A stretch of DNA of 35,677 nucleotides. Origin: a virus. Lineage: Duplodnaviria > Caudoviricetes. This document shows, one piece after another, positions 1 to 8,578 of this stretch. The position numbers and the translations under genes are program-made. The notes below the pieces were generated by a model that was not told the origin of the DNA, did no database searches, and saw only the letters and a list, made by a program, of their open reading frames with translations. The stretch lies in IMG/VR virus record IMGVR_UViG_3300009684_000085, positions 1 through 35,677 of that record; one strand, written 5' to 3'. Within the stretch, counting starts at the first letter, position 1, and the number at the start of each line of letters is the position of its first letter.

Positions 1-998
1 CCACCAGGAGCTCCTGCACCACCACCGCCACCAGCACCATCAGCGCCGCTAGAAAAATAACCTAAACCTCCAGGATTTCCTTGGCCAGTTGTTCCGCTAC
101 CGGCCGTGCCACCTGAATATGCTGGAACTCCTCCGCCGCCGCCGGCTCCACCACCAGAACCACCATCACCACCTTTACTTCCGGTAGATTGAGTTTGGCC
201 ATAACCTCCACCATATGCTGTTACGAGTGATCCAAAAGTTGAATTTGTTCCTGAATTACCTTGTGATGGATATGCAATTCCTGCTCCTCCTCCACCAATC
301 ACAACGCCATATGACAATCCAGGAGAAGTTGAAGTTGATACCGATAAAACTCCGCCTGCACCACCACCACCACCTGCATTGTAACCGCCACCACTACCGC
401 CACCACCAACTGCAAGAACTTCAATTAGATATGAAGTTGATGCGAGTGTGTACCAACCTGTATTTCCAGCAACATAAACTTCTAACCAAGTGTTTGAAGA
501 ATTCCAACGAATTGTTCCATTAGCCGCTGAAGCAGGCCTCTGAGCAGTTGTTCCTGTTGGCAATACTAAACCACCGACAGCATTACTGGAGTCCACAATA
601 CCACCAGCAGCAGAAATGAATACATTACCAGTTAGTGATGTTAGATTGGCCGCAGATGATGAACTGCTTGCTGATCCTGAACCTACATTAGCCCATGATA
701 CACCATTTGCTGATTCTAATGTACTTAATGTGGTGTTATATCGAATTGCTCCTGCTGTAGCAGTTGGTCTTTGACCAGTAGTACCAATAGGAACTATAAT
801 TGATCCGTTACCTGTTGCTGAGCCAGTATCTAATTGAACAACAGAAACTTGTCCTGTTAATTGTGTAGTTGTAACAGAACTAATTTGATTTGAATTAATC
901 AAACCAGTAATAGCAGTATTACTAACAGAAGCAATCTGTGAAGCAGAAATGCTTGTGTTAGGACTAATTTCGTTAGAAGTAATTAATTGTTGTGACAT
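1..998 (-). CDS. Glycine-rich putative virion fibre/adhesin protein, paralog of the next two genes; runs off the window start (3' truncated)
   Basis: Not in the ORF track. ATG at 998-996 translates by hand to MSQQLITSNEISPNTSISASQIAS...IIVPIGTTGQRPTATAGAIRYNTTLSTLESANGVSWANVGSG...YLIEVLAVGGGGSGGGYNAGGGGGAGG...GSGTTGQGNPGG, open to the window edge. Same modules as 1001..2326 and 2330..4354. Confidence 0.85.
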   Translation of the reverse strand, partial: MSQQLITSNEISPNTSISASQIASVSNTAITGLINSNQISSVTTTQLTGQVSVVQLDTGSATGNGSIIVPIGTTGQRPTATAGAIRYNTTLSTLESANGVSWANVGSGSASSSSSAANLTSLTGNVFISAAGGIVDSSNAVGGLVLPTGTTAQRPASAANGTIRWNSSNTWLEVYVAGNTGWYTLASTSYLIEVLAVGGGGSGGGYNAGGGGGAGGVLSVSTSTSPGLSYGVVIGGGGAGIAYPSQGNSGTNSTFGSLVTAYGGGYGQTQSTGSKGGDGGSGGGAGGGGGVPAYSGGTAGSGTTGQGNPGGLGYFSSGADGAGGGGGAGAPG

Positions 999-1000
999 GA

Positions 1001-2326
1001 TTAAGCTATGTAAGTTCCTGATGAAGTAAATGTGTGAATTGTTTGGCCACCAGAAGATGAAATTATTCCGCCTGTTCCTCTTACTGGTCCTGTATAAGAA
1101 ATAATTACTACACCTGATCCGCCAGCTGCACCCCCGCCGCCACCGGATCCTCCACCACCACCAGTATTCGATGAGCCAGCTGATCCTGCTATTGCAAATC
1201 CTCCAGCACCTCCACCTCCTGTGCCACCTGCACCAGCTGTATTGGTGCTGCCGTCACCTGAGCCTCCGCCACCACCTGCATAATACACACTTGAACCACT
1301 AATTGAATTGGTTACTCCTATACCACCGGCGCCAGATGCAGATGCTCCTGTTCCTGGAGTTCCTCCTGAAGCTCCTGCACCGCCCCCACCACCTGACGGA
1401 TATGGCGATGTAGTATTACCTGCACCTCCAGGATTTCCTTGGCCAACAGTTCCTGAATTACCTGGAGTTGCAACGGTACTTGTTCTTCCTCCGCCACCAC
1501 CTGATCCACCAGCGCCAGAATTATTATTATTAACATCTCCACCTCGGCCTCCACCAATTCCATTAAAACCAAAAATTGATGAATTTAAACCTGCGGATCC
1601 TATTGCGCCTCCTGATCCAACAGTCACAGAATATTGTGTTCCTGGAGTTACAGATATTGCTGCACCAGATAAAACTCCTCCTGCTCCTGCTCCACCACCA
1701 GAAGGTCCTCCACTACCTCCACCGCCAGCAACAATTAAATAATTAACAAAATATGGGCCCAACGCAAAGCCGCTAGAATAAGGTAACCATCCCTGATTCG
1801 CATCATAATAAACAAAAGCGGCCGATTGTCCGTTTGTAGAAATAATTAAGTTGGCGGTATTACCTTGAATTCTATTTCCGTTTGGAAAAACAATTAAATT
1901 ATTTGAACTAAAAGTTCTTGCATAGTCTACAATTTGAATTTGTTGGCCAACAGTAGGTGATGCAGGTAAAGTTACTGTTACATTAGCAATTGCAGTATTA
2001 ACTCCGTAACCACTACCCGCTACAGCAATAAAACTTGTATTCTGAACTGGCTGCCATGAAACTCCACCACCAGAACTTGCAGCACCAGAACCCACATTGG
2101 CCCATGCTGTACCATTGGCACTCTCTAATGAACCTAATGTAGTATTGAATCGAATAGCACCCGCTGTTGTAACTGTCGGTCTTTGTGCTGTGTTTCCTAC
2201 AGGAACAATAATTGCACCAGAACCATTGGCTGATATAACATCCAATTGTGTAGATGTAATTTGTCCAGTAATAATTGTATTAGCTACTGAAGTAATATCG
2301 TTTGAGGTTATTTGTTGTAGTGCCAT
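1001..2326 (-). CDS. Glycine-rich domain virion protein (putative tail fibre/adhesin), 441 aa
   Basis: PxGxTAQRP..GxIRFNTT module, TVTLPASP..IVD...NNL..NGNxIQG beta module, and C-terminal Gly-rich domain (YLIVAGGGG...GQGNPGG...YAGGGGG...NTGGGGG...GGSGVVIISY...HTFTSSGT). Confidence 0.8.
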   Translation of the reverse strand: MALQQITSNDITSVANTIITGQITSTQLDVISANGSGAIIVPVGNTAQRPTVTTAGAIRFNTTLGSLESANGTAWANVGSGAASSGGGVSWQPVQNTSFIAVAGSGYGVNTAIANVTVTLPASPTVGQQIQIVDYARTFSSNNLIVFPNGNRIQGNTANLIISTNGQSAAFVYYDANQGWLPYSSGFALGPYFVNYLIVAGGGGSGGPSGGGAGAGGVLSGAAISVTPGTQYSVTVGSGGAIGSAGLNSSIFGFNGIGGGRGGDVNNNNSGAGGSGGGGGRTSTVATPGNSGTVGQGNPGGAGNTTSPYPSGGGGGAGASGGTPGTGASASGAGGIGVTNSISGSSVYYAGGGGGSGDGSTNTAGAGGTGGGGAGGFAIAGSAGSSNTGGGGGSGGGGGAAGGSGVVIISYTGPVRGTGGIISSSGGQTIHTFTSSGTYIA

Positions 2327-2329
2327 TTT

Positions 2330-4354
2330 TTAAGCCGTAAATGTTCCTGATGAATTGAAGGTATGATATGTATAACCACCAGATTGCGTAATAGTTCCAC
2401 CTGTACCTCTTGCAATTGGACTTAAATAACGAACAACTACTATACCTGATCCTCCAGCACCTGATACTCCAGAACCTGATCCACCACCACCCGATCCTGT
2501 ATTAACTGAAGCACTAGTAGCAGCAGGAGAACCACCGTTTACTCCTCCACCACCACCACCTCCGGATCCTCCTGATCCAGCAGAAGAAGGCGATGATATT
2601 GCACCGCCGCCGCCACCAGCATATGATGATCCATTTGACCAAGTGTATCCGCTTCCGCCATTACCTGCGTTTGTTCCGCTAGCGTTTGATCCTGAAGAAG
2701 TTGCACCGCCTCCACCTCCACCACCGTAATAAACTGGTGCGTATCCTAACCCTCCTGGATTTCCTTGGCCGGAAGTTCCTGATCCTGCAGCACCGCCGCC
2801 GTTATTTCCACCACCACCACCTGATCCACCAGCACCAGCATTAGCAACGCCGCCGTTATTTCCTCCGCCGTAACCACCACCAATTGCTGCCAAATTAAAT
2901 GCAGTAGTATTAGTACCGGCGTTTCCGTTTGCATTTGCTCCAGCAGCAATAGATGCACCGCCGCCACCAATAACAAAACTATAAGATGTTCCTGAAGTGA
3001 CTAATACAGAAGCACCAACCAATACACCTCCAGCACCTCCACCGCCACCATTATTTGTTCCACCAGAAGCTCCACCAGCAATTATTAAATAATCAATTGA
3101 ATAATTTCCTACTGAATATCCTGATGAATAATTAAGCCATCCTTTTGTTGCATCAACATAAACAAGATTAACAGCTTGGCCATTAGTTGAAATGGTTACG
3201 TTTGAAGTGTTGCCTTGAATTTTGTTTCCGTTTGGATATAAAATTAAATTATTGGAACTAAAAGATTGATTGTAGTCAACAAAAGTTAATAAGCTTCCTA
3301 TGGTTGGACTTGAAGGTAAAGTTACTGTTACGTTAGCAATTGCTGTATTAACAGCATAACCGTTACCAGCAACAGCAATAAAGCTATTATTTTGTACCGC
3401 TTGCCAAGAAACACCACCGCCACCAGAACTAGTTGCTGATCCTGAACCTACATTAGCCCATGCACTTCCATTAGCACTTTCTAATGTATTCAGAGTTGTA
3501 TTGTAACGAATATAACCTGCTGACGCTGCCGGCCTTTGGGCTGTGTTTCCAATAGGAATTAATATTGCACCAGTGCCATTTGCTGAAGCAAAATCTATTT
3601 GAACATTACTGATTGCTCCGTTGGCAATTTGTGTACCAGTGATTGTATTGTTGGCAATTTGTGATGCAGTAATTGTGTTGTTAGCTATACTTGTATTTGT
3701 AATTCCATAACTAGCAATTTGTGCAGAAGTTACCGCACCAGCCTGAATTTTTGATGTAGTAACAGAGTTATCTAGTGGAACTAAACCTACACTTATTGAT
3801 TGTTGTGCTGCACGAATTGCTGCACCATTCGCTGGAGCAGAAGTAAATACTAAATTGTTTCCAGAAATAGAATAGTTGGCTGGGCTTGTTTGTGTAATAC
3901 CATTAACTGTAACAGAAACTCCGTTGGCTGCTGGTGGAGTTTGTGATAGTGTGAATGATGTATTTGATCCGTTACCAGTAAAATTGGTGACAACCGGATT
4001 AAATAATCCAGTAGCCAAATGATAATACTGAATAGCACCAGTAGCAATCTGTGCTGATGTAACTGTGTTGGCTGCTGGTGATACACCAGAGTTTACGAAG
4101 TTACGATATACAACAACAATATTATTAGGATATGCAGCAGAAGGTGGTGAAGTAAATGTAAGTGTGTTTAAATTAGAAACAAGATAAGCAACACCCGGAT
4201 CTTGTACCACATTATTAACAATAACTTCAATGTCAGATTCGGTTGTAACGGAACGAGATAGATTGAATGTGGTTGTTACTGCATTACCACTAAAGTGATC
4301 GTATGATGTTGATGAGTATCCAAAACTATCTGGCCGAGATCCTAAAAATGTCAT
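2330..4354 (-). CDS. Glycine-rich domain virion protein (putative tail fibre/adhesin), 674 aa
   Basis: Two N-terminal F-x-GN-x-x-T-x-F-x-L...VxVN(N/G)xxQ modules, IAxxxIT short repeats, then the same three modules as the 441-aa paralog. Confidence 0.8.
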   Translation of the reverse strand: MTFLGSRPDSFGYSSTSYDHFSGNAVTTTFNLSRSVTTESDIEVIVNNVVQDPGVAYLVSNLNTLTFTSPPSAAYPNNIVVVYRNFVNSGVSPAANTVTSAQIATGAIQYYHLATGLFNPVVTNFTGNGSNTSFTLSQTPPAANGVSVTVNGITQTSPANYSISGNNLVFTSAPANGAAIRAAQQSISVGLVPLDNSVTTSKIQAGAVTSAQIASYGITNTSIANNTITASQIANNTITGTQIANGAISNVQIDFASANGTGAILIPIGNTAQRPAASAGYIRYNTTLNTLESANGSAWANVGSGSATSSGGGGVSWQAVQNNSFIAVAGNGYAVNTAIANVTVTLPSSPTIGSLLTFVDYNQSFSSNNLILYPNGNKIQGNTSNVTISTNGQAVNLVYVDATKGWLNYSSGYSVGNYSIDYLIIAGGASGGTNNGGGGGAGGVLVGASVLVTSGTSYSFVIGGGGASIAAGANANGNAGTNTTAFNLAAIGGGYGGGNNGGVANAGAGGSGGGGGNNGGGAAGSGTSGQGNPGGLGYAPVYYGGGGGGGATSSGSNASGTNAGNGGSGYTWSNGSSYAGGGGGAISSPSSAGSGGSGGGGGGGVNGGSPAATSASVNTGSGGGGSGSGVSGAGGSGIVVVRYLSPIARGTGGTITQSGGYTYHTFNSSGTFTA

Positions 4355-4364
4355 AGTTTAATCC

Positions 4365-4703
4365 CTATGAAATTTGTAATACTGATAGAATTGCATCCGC
4401 TGAATTGGTAACACTAGAAACAACTTGTACCGAATCGCCTGCTTTAAGTACCAATTTTTGATCACCGCCAACAACTACGATTGTACCACCAATAGGTACT
4501 GTAGCATTGTTAACAATATAGGTTGCCGCATATGAGTTAGAAGAATCTAAAACATAAGCAGAGATTTGAATTGTATTTGATGTGGTACGGTTGGCCACGG
4601 ACAAACCAATCACAGTAGATTGTGTGGCGGCTGGTGTCTGGTAGACCGTTGTATTGGCTAAACCAATACCTGGTTTTAACGAATTAGTGAATGAATTGGC
4701 CAT
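4365..4703 (-). CDS. Small beta-rich virion/fibre adaptor protein, 112 aa
   Basis: Clean ORF (MANSF...VYQTPAATQSTVIGLSVAN...KLVLKAGDSVQV...SVLQIS) in the fibre cluster, preceded by a late promoter box; function inferred from context. Confidence 0.7.
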   Translation of the reverse strand: MANSFTNSLKPGIGLANTTVYQTPAATQSTVIGLSVANRTTSNTIQISAYVLDSSNSYAATYIVNNATVPIGGTIVVVGGDQKLVLKAGDSVQVVSSVTNSADAILSVLQIS

Positions 4704-4728
4704 TATTGATATCTCATATTATTGTTTA

Positions 4729-4736
4729 TATTTATC
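4729..4736 (-). promoter_or_regulatory. T4-type late promoter box GATAAATA
   Basis: 7/8 match to the gp55-dependent consensus TATAAATA, ~25 nt upstream of the ATG at 4703. Confidence 0.6.
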
Positions 4737-4740
4737 CTGA

Positions 4741-6135
4741 CTATCCAAGAGCTATAGAATATGCTAAAGCCGTAGAAACAGCAATCAATACTGCATTGGA
4801 GGTGGCTGCCGTGGTACTAGAATTAGATGAAACCGAATCACTCAAAGTAACTGAGGCACCACCAGTAGAATAAGGTGTTCCGTTAGCATAGAATAATCCG
4901 TTGGTGTAAACAGCATTTGCATAAAGGTTACCAGCAATACCGGCACCACCAGAAATTGTAATAGCTCCTGTAACATTTGAAGTGGCCACCGTAGTATCTG
5001 TGATGACCAACCGACCTGTCATTGTGTCGCCAGATTTTAATACTGTTGAGTATGCTCTAGTGTTGGCTGTATTTGCTTGAGCATATCCAGAAGCCGCATA
5101 GTTGTTAACTGCTGTAATATTGGTAGCATTAGTATTACCAGCGGCATATGCAGCCCAAGCAGCATTGTTTGCTGTGGTAATATTGGTATTCTGTGTAAGG
5201 TTAACACCTTCAATAACATCCAATCTAGTATTTTGTGTTAAATCAACACTTTGAATAATAGAAATTGTTGTATTTTGGTTTGTATTGATTGTTTCAATAC
5301 TTTGTAATCTGGTATTCTGAGTTACATCAACACCAATAGTTACGTTTGCTTGTGCATATGCAGCTGCAGCATATTGGTTTACAGCCGTAATATTGGTAGC
5401 ATTGGTATTGCCAGCAGCAAAGGCAGCCCACGCAGCATTATTTGCTGTGGTGATATTGGTATTTTGGGTAAGGTCAACACCTTGTGTAACAATAGTATTC
5501 GCTGAAGCAGTATTGGCCTGATTGAATGCGGCTTGAGCCAAACTAATAGCATTGTTTACATCACCGGTAGTAACACCTTGAGTTGTTTTAATTTCGATAG
5601 AGGCACCAGATGCCGGTGCTTCAGATAATGTAAGAACATTATTTGCAAGTGTATATGAACTTGTTAATTGTAATACACCATTAATATTAACAAGAACACA
5701 ATAAACGTTGGTTGGTGTTGATGTTAAAGAAAAAGATGTTGTTGATCCATCTCCAACATAAACATCATCCGAAATAACAAAAGAAACGGCATTTGCATAA
5801 ACTGTTGTTGTTCCACCACCTCCACCGTTACTTGTGGCAGTAGAAGAAATTGTAATCTTTTTATTGATTGTATCAGTAGAGATACTGATATTATTACCTG
5901 CAACAAACGATAAAGTATCCGCAGCACTTGTTGCAAGTATTAATGACGAATTGGAATTGATTGTTGCAAAAGAATTGGCTGATGTTTCACTTTGAATATA
6001 AGTGATTGTGCCTGAAGCATTTTTATAATACAGCCTTCCATCGGCGTAATTTAGAGCCAACTCACCAAAAGCTAGTGATGGTGGTACATTACCTGTAGCG
6101 CCCGATTTTTTTAACTGTATGTTTGTATTTGCCAT
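4741..6135 (-). CDS. Putative tail fibre protein with Mtd_N-like N-terminal domain, 464 aa
   Basis: MANTNIQLKKSGATGNVPPSLAFGELALNYADGRLYYK start, GDGSTTSFSL module, Asn/Gln-rich 14-residue coiled-coil repeats, hydrophobic C-terminus ALAYSIALG. Confidence 0.75.
   Translation of the reverse strand: MANTNIQLKKSGATGNVPPSLAFGELALNYADGRLYYKNASGTITYIQSETSANSFATINSNSSLILATSAADTLSFVAGNNISISTDTINKKITISSTATSNGGGGGTTTVYANAVSFVISDDVYVGDGSTTSFSLTSTPTNVYCVLVNINGVLQLTSSYTLANNVLTLSEAPASGASIEIKTTQGVTTGDVNNAISLAQAAFNQANTASANTIVTQGVDLTQNTNITTANNAAWAAFAAGNTNATNITAVNQYAAAAYAQANVTIGVDVTQNTRLQSIETINTNQNTTISIIQSVDLTQNTRLDVIEGVNLTQNTNITTANNAAWAAYAAGNTNATNITAVNNYAASGYAQANTANTRAYSTVLKSGDTMTGRLVITDTTVATSNVTGAITISGGAGIAGNLYANAVYTNGLFYANGTPYSTGGASVTLSDSVSSNSSTTAATSNAVLIAVSTALAYSIALG
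5071..5484 (-). repeat. Intragenic direct duplication, two 141-bp copies (5344-5484 and 5071-5211)
   Basis: QGVDLTQNTNITTANNAAWAAFAAGNTNATNITAVNQYAAAAYAQAN vs EGVNLTQNTNITTANNAAWAAYAAGNTNATNITAVNNYAASGYAQAN; differences are mostly synonymous. Confidence 0.9.
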
Positions 6136-6139
6136 CTAC

Positions 6140-6649
6140 TTAAAAACTTCCGCCGTCCTTTATAGTATCTGTTATCTCATTTGAAAAAACATCTACTGTT
6201 TTTGTTGTTTTTGCTTCGTCAATCTTTTTACGCTTGGCGGGAGTTAATTGCAAATAATCAATTTGTTCCTTTAATTCTTTAATCATTTTATCATAAGTTA
6301 ACCGAGTTTTTTGGTGCAAATCTCGTTCTTTTACCAACTCATTTCTAAAAGTATCAATATGTTGAACTTGGTGTTTTACATTTTCAAATTCATCTTTTCG
6401 ACTTCTTAATTCATTCAACTCTTTATTTAAATCTTCAAGTTTTGAATTTAAATTGGTAATTTCAGTTTCATTTTCAGAATTCCTATTTGCTTCCATGACA
6501 GACAATTCTTCAATTCGTTTTGCCTGTTCATTGACCAGTTCTTCAGTAACTCTTGCGTTTGCCTGTAACGAAATATTTCGAATGATAGCATCCGTCATTG
6601 TTCTCGTTAGTGTTTCAATATAATAATTCAAATACTTTTCGTTATTCAT
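6140..6649 (-). CDS. Charged coiled-coil hypothetical protein, 169 aa
   Basis: SD AGGAG upstream of the ATG; E/K/L heptad pattern; ends KDGGSF. Confidence 0.75.
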   Translation of the reverse strand: MNNEKYLNYYIETLTRTMTDAIIRNISLQANARVTEELVNEQAKRIEELSVMEANRNSENETEITNLNSKLEDLNKELNELRSRKDEFENVKHQVQHIDTFRNELVKERDLHQKTRLTYDKMIKELKEQIDYLQLTPAKRKKIDEAKTTKTVDVFSNEITDTIKDGGSF

Positions 6650-6683
6650 TTCAAGCTCCTTATTATAAATTAATTACAAAGTA

Positions 6684-6691
6684 TATTTAGA
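6684..6691 (-). promoter_or_regulatory. Late promoter-like box TCTAAATA containing the upstream stop codon
   Basis: Core TAAATA ~35 nt upstream of the ATG at 6649; the TAA is the stop of 6687..8336. Confidence 0.5.
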
Positions 6692-8336
6692 ACTGGCCTC
6701 CATCAAGAGCCGATGACCATACTGGAACTCCAGCATTAGTAACAGTAAGAATCTGATTTGACCAAGTTTGGTCAGCAGTACCTGCTGCGGCAGTAACTTG
6801 AATTGCGCCTATTCCATTGCCGTATGTGATACCGTTTGTAGTAAAGGTTGCTGCGCCTGTACCGCCTCTGACTACACCTAATGTTCCAGAACCAATCTGT
6901 GAAGTGTCGATATTGATATCAGCACCAGTAGCAGCAGTAACCCGACCATATGCATCAACAGTAAGCGATGTAATTGTTTTTGCAGTAGAGAGAGTACCAG
7001 TCAATACATAATTTGAGTTGGCTAATTGACCAACTGCGTCAGTTCCGTTACCAATTAATAAACCACCACTAGAGAATGTTGCAACACCAGTACCGCCTTG
7101 AGCTACTGTTAATCCTGCAATTGCTTGTGTTGTGTAGTTTGTTACACGACCATAAACATCAGTTGTTAAATTGTTTACTGTGGAATTAGATGTAATCGAT
7201 GTGTTGATTGACGATACGTTAGCTAACTGACCTAAACCATTCGTACCTGAACCAATAACAACTTGACCGGTTGCAAATGAAGATTGTCCTGTACCACCAG
7301 AAGTAACAGGTAATGCTGTTGTTAAACTTAAAGCACCAGAACTAATCGTTGTGGCAATGACGTTACCCTTAAAGTAACTAGCATTAACGTTTGCGGTACG
7401 GAAACTAGCATCAGCCACATCAATTTCATTATTTGCGTTGAGTGCTTTGTTGTAGTTATCGAATACATAGAATTCTCTATTGCCTGCATTACGGAACACA
7501 CCAGTTGCTCTTTGTGAACCATCGTTGTATGCACCAGCAAAACCAATATCAACAGCATCAGAGGTGGTGTTGTTTGAGGCCAAATAAATCATTGGGTCTG
7601 CAACATTTAATGTTTGCGTATTGATGGTTGTTTGTGTACCAAGAACAGTTAAACTACCATTAATGGTTAAACTACTATCGATAGTTTGTAAAGAAATTGG
7701 AGTGTTAGCACGAACAACGGAAGTATCTACGTCAAATGTTACTGTATCGGTAGCACTTGCAGTAGAAGTAATACCTGCACCACCAACGAGTGTTAATGTA
7801 TCGCCACCAGAAATAACTTGACTTGCGCCGCCATCAGCAGCAACAGTAAATGATGTAGTAATGCCAGCAGTAGAAACAGCAAGAATACGACCGTTAGCAC
7901 CAATATTTAAAACAGGAATTTGTGTAGTAGAACCGTATGAACCAGCAGTAAGACCAGGAACCGCATTAAGAGCAGCATTCAATGTGATGGCGGCCGAACC
8001 ATCAAAAGATTGTGCTGAAGCAGTAATATCTGTACCAGAAATCGAGAAGTTTCTTGCGTTGGTTAATTGGTCTGCCTTGTCAGCAATACCAGTCAAACGA
8101 CCAGCAAACATACCATTGGCATCACGTTTTACCAATGTGCTAGCAGTGTTGGCTGCCGTGGCCGCATCTAAAGTAGAGGTATAATATTGACCACCTACGT
8201 TAACAACACCGGTACCAGCAGGAGAGCCTAGGTAAAGGGTATTCGATGAGTATGAATAGGCAAACTCACCGGCCTGCAACGATACAGGACGTCCTGTAGT
8301 TACCGACCGTTTGATTAAAATATTAGTATTGGCCAT
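6687..8336 (-). CDS. Putative tail fibre protein with Mtd_N-like N-terminal domain, 549 aa
   Basis: MANTNILIKRSVTTGRPVSLQAGEFAYSYSSNTLYLG start; fibre repeats LxVxxGGTG (x3) and (T/V)DxYGRVT; ends LDGGQF; SD AAGGA. Confidence 0.8.
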   Translation of the reverse strand: MANTNILIKRSVTTGRPVSLQAGEFAYSYSSNTLYLGSPAGTGVVNVGGQYYTSTLDAATAANTASTLVKRDANGMFAGRLTGIADKADQLTNARNFSISGTDITASAQSFDGSAAITLNAALNAVPGLTAGSYGSTTQIPVLNIGANGRILAVSTAGITTSFTVAADGGASQVISGGDTLTLVGGAGITSTASATDTVTFDVDTSVVRANTPISLQTIDSSLTINGSLTVLGTQTTINTQTLNVADPMIYLASNNTTSDAVDIGFAGAYNDGSQRATGVFRNAGNREFYVFDNYNKALNANNEIDVADASFRTANVNASYFKGNVIATTISSGALSLTTALPVTSGGTGQSSFATGQVVIGSGTNGLGQLANVSSINTSITSNSTVNNLTTDVYGRVTNYTTQAIAGLTVAQGGTGVATFSSGGLLIGNGTDAVGQLANSNYVLTGTLSTAKTITSLTVDAYGRVTAATGADINIDTSQIGSGTLGVVRGGTGAATFTTNGITYGNGIGAIQVTAAAGTADQTWSNQILTVTNAGVPVWSSALDGGQF

Positions 8337-8374
8337 TTCTCAATCCTTTTTTTATTTTTATGGATGCCATGTGT

Positions 8375-8382
8375 TATTTATT
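8375..8382 (-). promoter_or_regulatory. T4-type late promoter box AATAAATA
   Basis: 7/8 consensus match, ~38 nt upstream of the ATG at 8336. Confidence 0.6.
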
Positions 8383-8578
8383 AAAACGTACCACCATCAA
8401 CCAAGTTAATGACGGCATTTGATATGTAATTCGGACCACCTATTTGAATGATATCTCCGTACTGGTCTCCAATGAATAATGTATTGGACTTAAAAGAATA
8501 AGCCAATTCACCATCATCCAATAGGCTTGGCCTAGTGTTTGCATACGACCGGAGTATCTGTATCGTGGTATTAGCCAT
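8381..8578 (-). CDS. Minimal Mtd_N-like domain protein, 65 aa
   Basis: MANTTIQILRSYANTRPSLLDDGELAYSFKSNTLFIG aligns with the N-termini of the 549-aa and 464-aa genes; TAATG coupling with the upstream gene; ends VDGGTF. Confidence 0.75.
   Translation of the reverse strand: MANTTIQILRSYANTRPSLLDDGELAYSFKSNTLFIGDQYGDIIQIGGPNYISNAVINLVDGGTF

Noticed and set aside
215-523. Plus-strand ORF with poly-His (LHHHHHLH)
   Set aside because: Antisense shadow of GGT-rich glycine codons in the real minus-strand gene
1308-1742. Proline-rich plus-strand ORF
   Set aside because: In-register antisense of the Gly-rich domain (GGN read as NCC/CCN); no independent signals
4741-8578. Diversity-generating retroelement suggested by Mtd_N-like domains and the 141-bp repeat pair
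   Set aside because: No reverse transcriptase in the window; the repeat copies differ mainly at synonymous sites rather than at adenines, and both lie mid-gene
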